This document shows positions 7,243 to 13,931 of a DNA stretch of 13,931 nucleotides, piece after piece. The translations under genes were made by a program, and so were the position numbers. The stretch is from Armatimonadia bacterium. GTDB taxonomy: Bacteria > Armatimonadota > Zipacnadia > Zipacnadales > UBA11051. The stretch lies in assembly GCA_039683575.1 (NCBI GenBank), contig JBDKRC010000091.1, positions 1 to 13,931 on the forward strand, in the 5' to 3' direction. Position 1 is the stretch's first letter. Each line of letters opens with the position of its first letter. The notes below the pieces were generated by a model, which saw only the letters and a list, made by a program, of their open reading frames with translations, ran no database searches and was not told the DNA's origin.

Positions 7243-8400
7243 TTAGAGGCTGATCGGGTACCCTCCCCACCTCTCCCGCGCATTCCTCATGGCCATCAGG
7301 TTTTCGTACTTGGTGCCGACGGCGAGGGAGTGGCTGGCGCCGAGGATGAAGCCGCCGCCGGGGGCGCCGTACTTCAGCGCGTAGAGCGCCTCGCGCTCAA
7401 TGTCTTCGGGGGTGCCCAGGATCAGGCTTTCGTTGGTTACGCCGCCCCATAGCACCAGTTTGTCCCCGTATAGCTCCTTGAGGCGCTTCATGTCCATGCC
7501 GCCGCTGGCCTGGATGCCCTCGTAGCCCTCATAGCCCCCGTCCACGATGCAGTCCAGCGCTTCCCAGATGCAGCCGCAGCAGTGCTTGATGACGCGGAGG
7601 CCGAGCTTCTTGGCAGCCTCGGTGTACTCTTTCCACCAGTAGACGACATGCTCGCGGAGGATCCTGGGGCTGGCGAGCAGGCCGGTGGAGCTGCCGAGGT
7701 CGCCGCAGGGCATGACGCTGTCATAGCCGCGTTCGGCGTACCAGGGGAGCATGGCGATCACGCGCTTGGCCTGTAGCTCCGTGAGCTTGGCGTGCAGTTC
7801 GGGGTGGAGGGCCAGGTTGAGATACTGCTCCTCGTCGGTGCGGCCCACCATGGGGTAGCCGATGTCGCCGATGCAGATGTTGAACCAGTGGGTCGCTTTG
7901 AGGCGGTCCATGACATGCTGGGAGACTTCCCAGACCGATTCGTCGGGTTTGGGCACACCATTGGCGTCGAGGTCGTCAATCTGGCGCTGGAGGTCCTCGA
8001 CGGTGGGAAGGACGGTCTCCTGGGGGACGAGCTTGAGCGGGCGCAGGTCGTGGGTGGTCTTGGAGACGCGGTGGATGTTGCCGGCGCTGTCGCGGAAGGT
8101 CTCGTGGTCAATCTGCTCGAGCGGGGTCTCTCTGGCGCCCTTCGCGGGGCACATGCCGATGGTGACGATGTCCATGCCGAGGGCTTCGACGAGGTCGGGG
8201 ACGTCGCGCTTGTAGGAGGCAACGACGTCGTCGCGACGGCCTTCCCACATGGCGCGGGTTTGCTTCATTTTGCCCTGCACCAGGCTCTCGCGGCCGAGGA
8301 CCATCTCGTAGGTGGTGTAGTCTATGGAGTGCTCGCCCCAGGGGACGAGGTCGGGCTCGCGGAAGGAGAGGGTCGTGGCAACGCGTTCACGTGGCAGCAT
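7243..8400 (-). CDS. Uroporphyrinogen decarboxylase superfamily protein (UroD-like / cobalamin methyltransferase MT2-like)
   Basis: True start is probably MLPRERVATTLSFREPDLVP (ATG 8400, SD GGAG; 385 aa). Motifs GDLG, KHCCG, IQASGGMD..LKELYG..LVLWGGV, GTPEDI and GGGFILGASHSL. Confidence 0.85.
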   Translation of the reverse strand: MLPRERVATTLSFREPDLVPWGEHSIDYTTYEMVLGRESLVQGKMKQTRAMWEGRRDDVVASYKRDVPDLVEALGMDIVTIGMCPAKGARETPLEQIDHETFRDSAGNIHRVSKTTHDLRPLKLVPQETVLPTVEDLQRQIDDLDANGVPKPDESVWEVSQHVMDRLKATHWFNICIGDIGYPMVGRTDEEQYLNLALHPELHAKLTELQAKRVIAMLPWYAERGYDSVMPCGDLGSSTGLLASPRILREHVVYWWKEYTEAAKKLGLRVIKHCCGCIWEALDCIVDGGYEGYEGIQASGGMDMKRLKELYGDKLVLWGGVTNESLILGTPEDIEREALYALKYGAPGGGFILGASHSLAVGTKYENLMAMRNARERWGGYPISL

Positions 8401-8578
8401 GGGTATGGTCTCCGGGGCGTTAGGTTGGGGAAGGTATTCGGCGTATAGGCGGGGGTGGCCTGCAGGCGGTAGCGACCAGGGGGCCAAATGAGGACGGCCC
8501 CCCGACTCCGCGTGAGGGTCTGCGGGTGGCGATGCGAACGCCACGAATGGGGCTGTTCGCCGTTCCACGATGTAGCCG

Positions 8579-9391
8579 CTACTCGGCCTCCAGCCAGCCG
8601 GTATCGCCGTTGACGTAGACCACAAAGCCGCCCTTGTTGTGGCGAGCCATCTGTGAGGCGGAGCTTGCTTTCGCGCAGGCATTACGGGCGCCGAGACTGG
8701 ATTCGAAGACCAGTGGCGTGTGTTCATCGTCCAAAATGCTATCCAGGCGGACCTTCGATAGCTTTTCGTTGAAGGCATAGCCGTACCTGAGGTCCCGCGC
8801 AGCAGGGCACTTCAGAACCTGTTCGTTCTCCAGGTAAGACTTTATCTGATCCATCCACGTCCTGGCCGACGGCAAGATGCCATCATGCTGTTCGGCATAC
8901 TCAAGGATCGCCTCGCCGATCTTCTCGACATTGTCTGAGCATAGATTCCCATCATAGGCAGTCTTGGATAGACGCATGACTTCAGAGGTCTCTGCGCCCG
9001 TAGTCTGCAGGATGGTCTTCTCAAGTGCCACCTGCCACGTGCCATCCGGTATCTTCTTGAGTACCAGGGTCGCGGGGATTGTGTACGTGACTGTCATGCT
9101 CACACGGGTTTCGTCGCCGGTCGTGGTCAGGTCGCCAAGGGCGTAGGCGGTGTTCTCCAGCAGGGGCAGACAGAGGATCTCCTTCATAAAGCCCGACACC
9201 GTGTCGACCTTCGTCTCCAGCGCACTGGCTTCGAGTTCGGAAACGACTTCTGCTGCGGCGTCTGCATCCATGTTCTGACAGGCTTCGGCGTAGTGCTTGG
9301 CGACGGCGGCGGGGTCCTTGTGGTTGAGAGGCTCGGCGCGGAGGGCTGGGAGGCAGAGAAGGAGGGACAGCAGCGGCAGGAAGCTGTTCAC
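8579..9391 (-). CDS. Signal peptide + NTF2/DUF4878-like + DUF1559/H-X9-DG-like fusion protein (paralog A, motif degenerate H-X9-NG)
   Basis: GTG start with SD-like GGGGTG. Colinear with 9540..10364. Motifs C..NV..I..AI..YA, LKCP, YGYAFN and RHNKGGFVVYVNGDTGW. Confidence 0.8.
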   Translation of the reverse strand: MNSFLPLLSLLLCLPALRAEPLNHKDPAAVAKHYAEACQNMDADAAAEVVSELEASALETKVDTVSGFMKEILCLPLLENTAYALGDLTTTGDETRVSMTVTYTIPATLVLKKIPDGTWQVALEKTILQTTGAETSEVMRLSKTAYDGNLCSDNVEKIGEAILEYAEQHDGILPSARTWMDQIKSYLENEQVLKCPAARDLRYGYAFNEKLSKVRLDSILDDEHTPLVFESSLGARNACAKASSASQMARHNKGGFVVYVNGDTGWLEAE

Positions 9392-9507
9392 TGGGTTTCA
9401 CCCCCGGATTGGTTGCGACATGCGTCGCAGCATAGCTTCTACTTGTGTTGCGGAGTCTCCTGCTGCGTGAGCGGCACAAGTGGGGACGGTGGTCGGGGAC
9501 AACGGCG

Positions 9508-9532
9508 GCGGGCGAGACGCCCGCGCACCTAC
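9508..9532 (-). repeat. REP-like element
   Basis: Minus strand GTAG-GTGC-GCGGGCG-TCT-CGCCCGC: a GTAG tetranucleotide followed by a GC-rich hairpin, just after a stop codon. Confidence 0.6.
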
Positions 9533-9539
9533 GGCCCTC

Positions 9540-10364
9540 CTAATCGGCCTTCAGCCACTTGGCGTGGCCGTCTACGTAGCCGACGTTGTTGCCGCCGTTG
9601 TGGCGGCCGGGGTTGGGGACGTCTGCGGGGTTGCCGTGGGCGTTGCGGGTGCCGAGGTTGGACTCGAAGACGATGATCGTTACGCCAGGGTTGGCAATCT
9701 CTCCGAGGTGCTTCTTTGAGAGGGCGGTGTTGAAGGCGTAGTCATACTCCAGTTCAGGGCTGCCGGGGCACTTGTAGAGGTCTTCGTTTCGCATGTAGGG
9801 CCGAATCTGATCCATCCAGTTGTCGGCGTCTGGGAGCGTCTCATCGAAATCCTGGGCGTACTGCAGGATTGCCGTGCAGAGTTGCCTGAGGTTGTTGAGG
9901 CACTCTTCTTGCTGGGCTTGGGCGCTGACGCGGACGATCATGGCTTCCTCGGCGCCGGTGGTGCTGAAGATGCTCTCTTCGAGGGCGACCGTCCATTTGC
10001 CGTCGGGGCCCTTCTTGAGCACGAGAGTCTGGGGGATGGTGTAGGTGGCGGTTACCTTGATGCGGCATTCGTCGCCAGTGGTGACGACTTCGCCCATGGT
10101 GTAGGTGGCGTGTTTGGTCAGGGGAGCGCAGAGCATCTCCATCATGGCCTGCTCGTAATCCATCCCATGATCCACTGTAGTCATGTGGCGCAGGGCTTGG
10201 TCTTCAACTCTGGGAAGCACCTGCGCCGCGGCGTCCACGTCCCACTTCTCGCAGGCGTTGAGGTAGTGTTTGGCTACCGAGGCTGGGTCCTGGGGGTTGA
10301 GGGGCTGGGCGTGGAGGAGGGGAAGGGCGAGAAGGATGGACAGCAGCGGCAGGAAGGCTTTCAT
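9540..10364 (-). CDS. Signal peptide + NTF2/DUF4878-like + DUF1559/H-X9-DG fusion protein (paralog B)
   Basis: SD GGAGGAG and signal peptide MKAFLPLLSILLALPLLHA. N-domain DPASVAKHYLNACEKWDVDAA...TLVLKKGPDGKWTV, then CLNNLRQLCTAILQYAQDFDETLP, YKCP, YAFN and RHNGGNNVGYVDGHAKW. Confidence 0.85.
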   Translation of the reverse strand: MKAFLPLLSILLALPLLHAQPLNPQDPASVAKHYLNACEKWDVDAAAQVLPRVEDQALRHMTTVDHGMDYEQAMMEMLCAPLTKHATYTMGEVVTTGDECRIKVTATYTIPQTLVLKKGPDGKWTVALEESIFSTTGAEEAMIVRVSAQAQQEECLNNLRQLCTAILQYAQDFDETLPDADNWMDQIRPYMRNEDLYKCPGSPELEYDYAFNTALSKKHLGEIANPGVTIIVFESNLGTRNAHGNPADVPNPGRHNGGNNVGYVDGHAKWLKAD

Positions 10365-10444
10365 GGTTGAGGCTCCTCCGGCTGAGGTATGTTTTTGTGG
10401 ACAGTTGGGGGAGGCGGGTTGTTCCGTGCGATAGCGGCTGGCGG

Positions 10445-10467
10445 TCGCGATCGGTGATCGCTCGTAC
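10445..10467 (-). repeat. REP-like element (variant copy)
   Basis: Minus strand GTACGA-GCGATC-ACC-GATCGC-GA, a near copy of the element at 10516-10539. Confidence 0.55.
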
Positions 10468-10515
10468 AGGATGATACGAAAGGGAGCGGCGGGTGCGTTA
10501 GCTGGTCGTTGACTA

Positions 10516-10539
10516 TCGCGGTCTGGTGACCGCTCCTAC
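10516..10539 (-). repeat. REP-like element
   Basis: Minus strand GTAGGA-GCGGTC-ACCA-GACCGC-GA, the classic GTAGGAGCG...CGCGA REP architecture. Confidence 0.7.
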
Positions 10540-10546
10540 GGGCAGC

Positions 10547-10591
10547 GTTAGCGGGGGACCATGGAGTTAGCGGGGGACCATGGAGTTAGCG
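10547..10591. repeat. Perfect 19-bp tandem duplication including the stop codon of the MtaA/CmuA-like gene
   Basis: GTTAGCGGGGGACCATGGA x2 (10547-10565, 10566-10584) plus GTTAGCG (10585-10591). Confidence 0.95.
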
Positions 10592-11566
10592 CTGGGCTAT
10601 GGCCTGGAGGTTGATTGTTGGTGTGGTCAGTGGGACGGCGCACTCGGGGGCGACTATGTTGATGCCCGCCTGGTGGGCTTGCTGAGCGGCGGCGCGGACC
10701 TGCTCCGGGGTGCCGCGGAGGAGGAGTTCGGGGTTGTTGAGGTTGCCCATCAGGGTGAAGTCGGGACCGGCGAGGCGGCGGGCCTCGGCGGCCGGGACGC
10801 GGGATTCGAAGTGGAAGCACGTGAGGCCCGTTTTCGCGATGAGGGCGATGCGGTCGGCGGTGTTGCCGCAGATGTGGAGGATGAAGGGGCCGGCGTTGGT
10901 GGCGGCGATCTGGCAGTGGAGGGGCCAGAGGAGGGTTTCGTACATCTTCGCGGAAACGAGGTCGCCCGTGGCGTGGTCGGCTAAGGTAACGGCGTCACAA
11001 CCCGCCTGGAGCTGGGCTTCGGCGAACATGAGCGTGACCGGCACGAGGCGCTCGAGGATCTGACTGACTTCTTCGGGTTGGTCGAGGGTCATGATGAGGA
11101 AGTTCTGGACGCCGAAGAGGTGATACGCTAAAGTCCACGGACCCATGACCTTGCCGATAAGGGCGGCGTCGGGGTAGTCGGTGCGGAGTAGGCGTTGGGC
11201 GTCGAGGACTACCGCTATCGCGGGGTGGGTTAAAAAGTCGGCGGGGATCGTGATGTCGGCGGCGGTCCGCCACGGGTGGGTGGTGGCGTCTGGCATCAGG
11301 TCTTCGCGGCCCCAGTCCACTTCACAGCCAAGGGCGGCGGCTTCGTGCTGGACCGAAAAGATAGGCGCGATGGTGTCGTAGCCCAGAACGGTGTGGCTGG
11401 TGGCGGCGAGGCCAGCCATGATCTCGCAGTCGATATGCGCCTCGGGGAAGCTGTAGCCGCTCGCCTGCATGAGTTCCACCGTGGCGGCGGAGACGCAGTT
11501 GCCGGCACAGGGGCGGTCGGTGGGCTGGCGATGCAGGGCGGCGAGGAAGCGTTCGCGGGAGGTCAT
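10586..11566 (-). CDS. MtaA/CmuA-family methylcobalamin-dependent methyltransferase (UroD superfamily)
   Basis: Start MTSRERFLAAL (ATG 11566; 326 aa). Motifs ATVELM, FSVQHEAAALGCEVDWG, GPWTLA, ILHICGN (HxC Zn motif), MGNL..P..L..GTPE and APECAVP (third Zn Cys). Confidence 0.85.
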   Translation of the reverse strand: MTSRERFLAALHRQPTDRPCAGNCVSAATVELMQASGYSFPEAHIDCEIMAGLAATSHTVLGYDTIAPIFSVQHEAAALGCEVDWGREDLMPDATTHPWRTAADITIPADFLTHPAIAVVLDAQRLLRTDYPDAALIGKVMGPWTLAYHLFGVQNFLIMTLDQPEEVSQILERLVPVTLMFAEAQLQAGCDAVTLADHATGDLVSAKMYETLLWPLHCQIAATNAGPFILHICGNTADRIALIAKTGLTCFHFESRVPAAEARRLAGPDFTLMGNLNNPELLLRGTPEQVRAAAQQAHQAGINIVAPECAVPLTTPTINLQAIAQR

Positions 11567-11573
11567 GGGGGAA

Positions 11574-11602
11574 AGAGTAGCATATGGGGAGGAGGTTGTC
11601 AC
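11574..11602 (-). promoter_or_regulatory. Leaderless-type promoter of the MtaA/CmuA-like gene
   Basis: Minus strand GTGACA (11602-11597), 17 nt, TACTCT (11579-11574) with extended -10 TG. ATG is 7 nt downstream, with no SD. Confidence 0.6.
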
Positions 11603-11636
11603 GAGGGGGAAGGCGAAGGCCTGGGGAGGGGGACTT

Positions 11637-11677
11637 TACAGGATGTACAGGATAAAGGCAAGGATAAGGCAAAAGGC
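11637..11677. repeat. Short imperfect repeats (TACAGGAT x2; AAGGC x3) in the divergent intergenic region
   Basis: TACAGGAT at 11637 and 11646; AAGGC at 11655, 11666 and 11673. Confidence 0.5.
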
Positions 11678-11721
11678 GAGAGTTTTGAGGGGGAGAGATA
11701 TGAGATTTCAAGGAGACGATC

Positions 11722-13125
11722 ATGGCTGAGAAGTACAACATTTTGTTGATTGGGATTGATAGCCTGCTGGCGGACCATATGAGCTGCTACGGCTATCACC
11801 GGCAGACAACGCCGCACATGGACTTGCTGGCCGAGGAAGGTGTGCTGTTCGAGCGCAACTTCTGCCCGCATGTGCCGACGACTTCGGGCTATGGCACGAT
11901 GCTGACGGGGCTGGACTGCTTCAGCAACACGCTGGTGGCGCTGCGGCACGAAGGGACCATGCCCGATGACGTGAAGTCGCTGGCTGAGATCCTGCGCGAG
12001 CAGGGCTATGAGACCACCTGCGTGGGGTTTCAGGGCAATGCGGCGGCGCGGGGCTTTGACAACTACGTGAGCTTCACCGGCTGGGGCGGCTGGGATGAGC
12101 GGCCACTGCGGAAGGCGGAGAACCTGAATGAGGTGGCCATCCCGGAGATGAAGCGTCTGGCGGAGGGTGACAAGCCCTTCTTCCTGTTCCTGCGGCACAT
12201 GGACCCGCACAGCCCGTACCTGCCGCCGGCACCGTATGACCGGATGTTCTACGGTGGCGACGAGTGCGACCCGAACAACCACTCGCTGGACGCCATGAAG
12301 GCCTTCAAGCCGTTCCGCGACTATCTGCTCTCATGGATGCCTGAAGGCATCACCGACGCAGACTACGTGGTGGCGCAGTATGACGGGGCCGTGGCGTACA
12401 TGGACGCGTGCATCCAGGTACTTCTGACGCAGCTTGATGAGCTGGGGCTGCGGGACAACACTCTGGTGATCGTGAACGCGGACCATGGCGAGACGCTGGT
12501 GGACCACGAGTGCTACTTCGACCACCATGGGATGTATGACGTGACGCTCCACGTACCGCTGATCTTCCGGCTGCCCGACATTCTGCCGGAGGGCCAGCGG
12601 GTGGATGGCATGACACTGCATCAGGACCTGGTGCCGACGGTCATGGACCTGCTTGAGATTGACCCGGGCGTGAAGTTCGATGGCAAGAGCCAGATCCCGA
12701 TGATCACTGGCGAGGTGGCGAGCAACTACGACGGGTTCTACATCACCGAGTGCACGTGGATGCGCAAGCACGGGTGGCGGACCTCGGAGTGGAAGTACAT
12801 GCATGCGCTGGAGCCGGACTTCCACGGCAAGCCGGAGATTGAGCTCTACAACCTGACTGTGGACCCCGAAGAGAATAACAACATCGCGGAGAGCGAGCCG
12901 CTGATCGTGGCGGCCCTCGAGGCGAAGATGCAGGCGCATATCAAGCAGCGCGAGGCGGAGACAGGCCGACCGAACCCGATCTACACCAACCTGAACTGGC
13001 ACGGCAAGGCGGGCGGGCATGACGGCCCGTTTGAGAGCAGCGAGCAGGCCTATGAGTCGCTGCACATCGGCAGCCCGAAGGCGGCGGCGCAGCTTCAGGA
13101 CAAGGAGAAGGAAGAGAAGAAGTAG
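11722..13125 (+). CDS. Sulfatase-like hydrolase/transferase (alkaline phosphatase superfamily) with non-canonical nucleophile motif
   Basis: NILLIGIDSL.ADH..CYGY...TTP..D.LA.EGVLF, MLTG, KPFFLFL..MDPHSPY, YDGAVAYMD, NADHGE, HVPLI and ELYNL..DPEE.NN. The CxPxR position reads TTSGY. SD AAGGAG; no signal peptide. Confidence 0.88.
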   Translation: MAEKYNILLIGIDSLLADHMSCYGYHRQTTPHMDLLAEEGVLFERNFCPHVPTTSGYGTMLTGLDCFSNTLVALRHEGTMPDDVKSLAEILREQGYETTCVGFQGNAAARGFDNYVSFTGWGGWDERPLRKAENLNEVAIPEMKRLAEGDKPFFLFLRHMDPHSPYLPPAPYDRMFYGGDECDPNNHSLDAMKAFKPFRDYLLSWMPEGITDADYVVAQYDGAVAYMDACIQVLLTQLDELGLRDNTLVIVNADHGETLVDHECYFDHHGMYDVTLHVPLIFRLPDILPEGQRVDGMTLHQDLVPTVMDLLEIDPGVKFDGKSQIPMITGEVASNYDGFYITECTWMRKHGWRTSEWKYMHALEPDFHGKPEIELYNLTVDPEENNNIAESEPLIVAALEAKMQAHIKQREAETGRPNPIYTNLNWHGKAGGHDGPFESSEQAYESLHIGSPKAAAQLQDKEKEEKK

Positions 13126-13138
13126 GGAAGCCGGGAGT

Positions 13139-13163
13139 GCCCGCCACGGAGTGTCGGGCCCAC
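13139..13163 (-). repeat. REP-like element
   Basis: Minus strand GTGG-GCCCGACAC-TCC-GTGGCGGGC: a GTRG tetramer plus a 9-bp hairpin with one mismatch. Confidence 0.5.
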
Positions 13164-13189
13164 GCGGAGGACGGAGAGAGATACAAAGC

Positions 13190-13219
13190 AATGGCCCCGC
13201 CTGTTGGCGGGGCCATTTT
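13190..13219. terminator. Intrinsic terminator between convergent genes
   Basis: 12-bp stem AATGGCCCCGCC / GGCGGGGCCATT with a TGTT loop, followed by T residues on the + strand. Confidence 0.8.
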
Positions 13220-13242
13220 CGTGTCTGGCTACTGCAGTGTGC

Positions 13243-13809
13243 TTACGGCTGGAGGTCGATCGCGACGCGCTCCAGACGATCCCACTTGGCGTGACCATCT
13301 ATGTAGCCATAGTTGGCGCCGTCGTTGTGGCGGGCGTTTTCAACCAGAGTGTTGGCGAAAGCGGCGGTGATGGTGCCGGAGGCATCGCACAGTGCCGGAG
13401 TCTGCGCAGGCTGGTCGATTGTGCCCAGCGAGGCGGACTGCATGTTTATCAGGCCGGGGATGATGAGCCCATGGGTCAGGGTGGTGGCATTCCACGCGGT
13501 CATGTCGGGGGAGTAGCTCGTGCGGCTAAGGCCGAGAGCGGTGAGGTCGACGGCGCCAGTGCGGTCGCTGGGGCAGATGAAGATCTGTGTGCTCTTGCAG
13601 TAGGGGCTGATGATGTCGAAGTAGCTCCAGATGGGCGGGGGCGTGCCGTGGAGGCTGATCGCCAGCGGCAGCTTCTCGTCATAGTCCTGGGCGTATGACA
13701 ACTCAGCCAGCATAATCTGCTTGACGTTGGAGAGACAGGACGACTGCCTGGCCTTCTCACGGGCCTTGGCGAAGACCGGGAAGAGAATGGCTGCGAGGAT
13801 GGCTATGAT
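13243..13809 (-). pseudogene. DUF1559 / prepilin-type H-X9-DG protein lacking its GFTLIELLVV N-terminus (interrupted)
   Basis: IIAILAAILFPVFAKAREKARQSSCLSNVKQ..YAQDYDEKLP, FICPSD and RHNDGANYGYIDGHAKW are intact. Upstream of IIAILAA the frame reads ..EKGRLFSGY and meets an in-frame TGA within about 40 nt. No GFTLIEL motif is present in the remaining window. Confidence 0.75.
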
Positions 13810-13931
13810 GTAGCCGCTGAACAACCGGCCCTTCTCGTGCGTTGAAGTTCAGCTTTGACTTTCGGAATCTGCTTTTTTGCCGGATTTTGGCTCCAGAAGC
13901 CCTCTACAGCCCGTTTCGCGCCCCTTCAGTT
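13810..13931. mobile_element. Probable terminus of an insertion sequence (IS5-like terminal repeat) interrupting the DUF1559 gene
   Basis: Abrupt switch from conserved coding sequence to lower-GC, non-coding-looking DNA with T runs. The junction GTAGCCGCTGAACAA resembles, from memory, IS5-type ends (GGAnnnTCTGAACAA). No transposase or second end is in the window. Confidence 0.45.

Noticed and set aside
8401..8578. Possible riboswitch upstream of the UroD-like gene (hairpins GGGGGCC/GGCCCCC and GTGGCG/CGCCAC)
   Set aside because: No cobalamin, SAM or other riboswitch consensus is recognisable, and short GC hairpins are common here. An Rfam/Infernal scan would settle it.
8569..8580. 12-bp identity GATGTAGCCGCT with the junction at 13807-13818
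   Set aside because: A 12-bp match is expected by chance in 14 kb of GC-rich DNA, and the flanks do not extend the match. It would be worth revisiting only if the element at 13810 proves to be site-specific.
8401..8778. 126-aa N-terminal extension of the UroD-like ORF in the ORF track
   Set aside because: It overlaps paralog A and is low-complexity Pro/Ala/Arg. The family-typical start MLPRERV with an SD is at 8400.
10547..10591. CRISPR-like array
   Set aside because: The repeats are directly adjacent with no spacers, and there are no cas genes.

Overview
GC-rich bacterial chromosomal window, probably Armatimonadota. This is inferred from the 'IIAILAAILFPVFAKAREKARQ..CLSNxKQ..YAQDYDE' style of its DUF1559/H-X9-DG protein. 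In order, it contains: the 5' end of a secreted protein with a CBM-like start; a small Cys-rich zinc-ribbon protein; an alpha/alpha-toroid repeat protein; an MNT-HEPN toxin-antitoxin pair with an apparently leaderless promoter; an L-fucose isomerase; a lower-GC plus-strand pair (secreted M48 metallopeptidase and a thioredoxin/NPCBM-like mosaic protein); two UroD/MtaA-superfamily proteins; a sulfatase-fold enzyme with Thr instead of Cys in the nucleophile motif; and a DUF1559 prepilin-like gene cut at its N-terminus by foreign, IS-end-like DNA at the window edge. The most unusual feature is a tandem pair of paralogs in which the DUF1559/H-X9-DG pilin-associated domain has no type IV pilin N-terminus. 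It is instead fused to a Sec-type signal peptide plus an NTF2-like domain. Intergenic regions carry REP-like GTAG hairpins, a heptamer array, a 19-bp tandem duplication and clear terminators. All family calls come from motif recognition by eye; no database searches were run.
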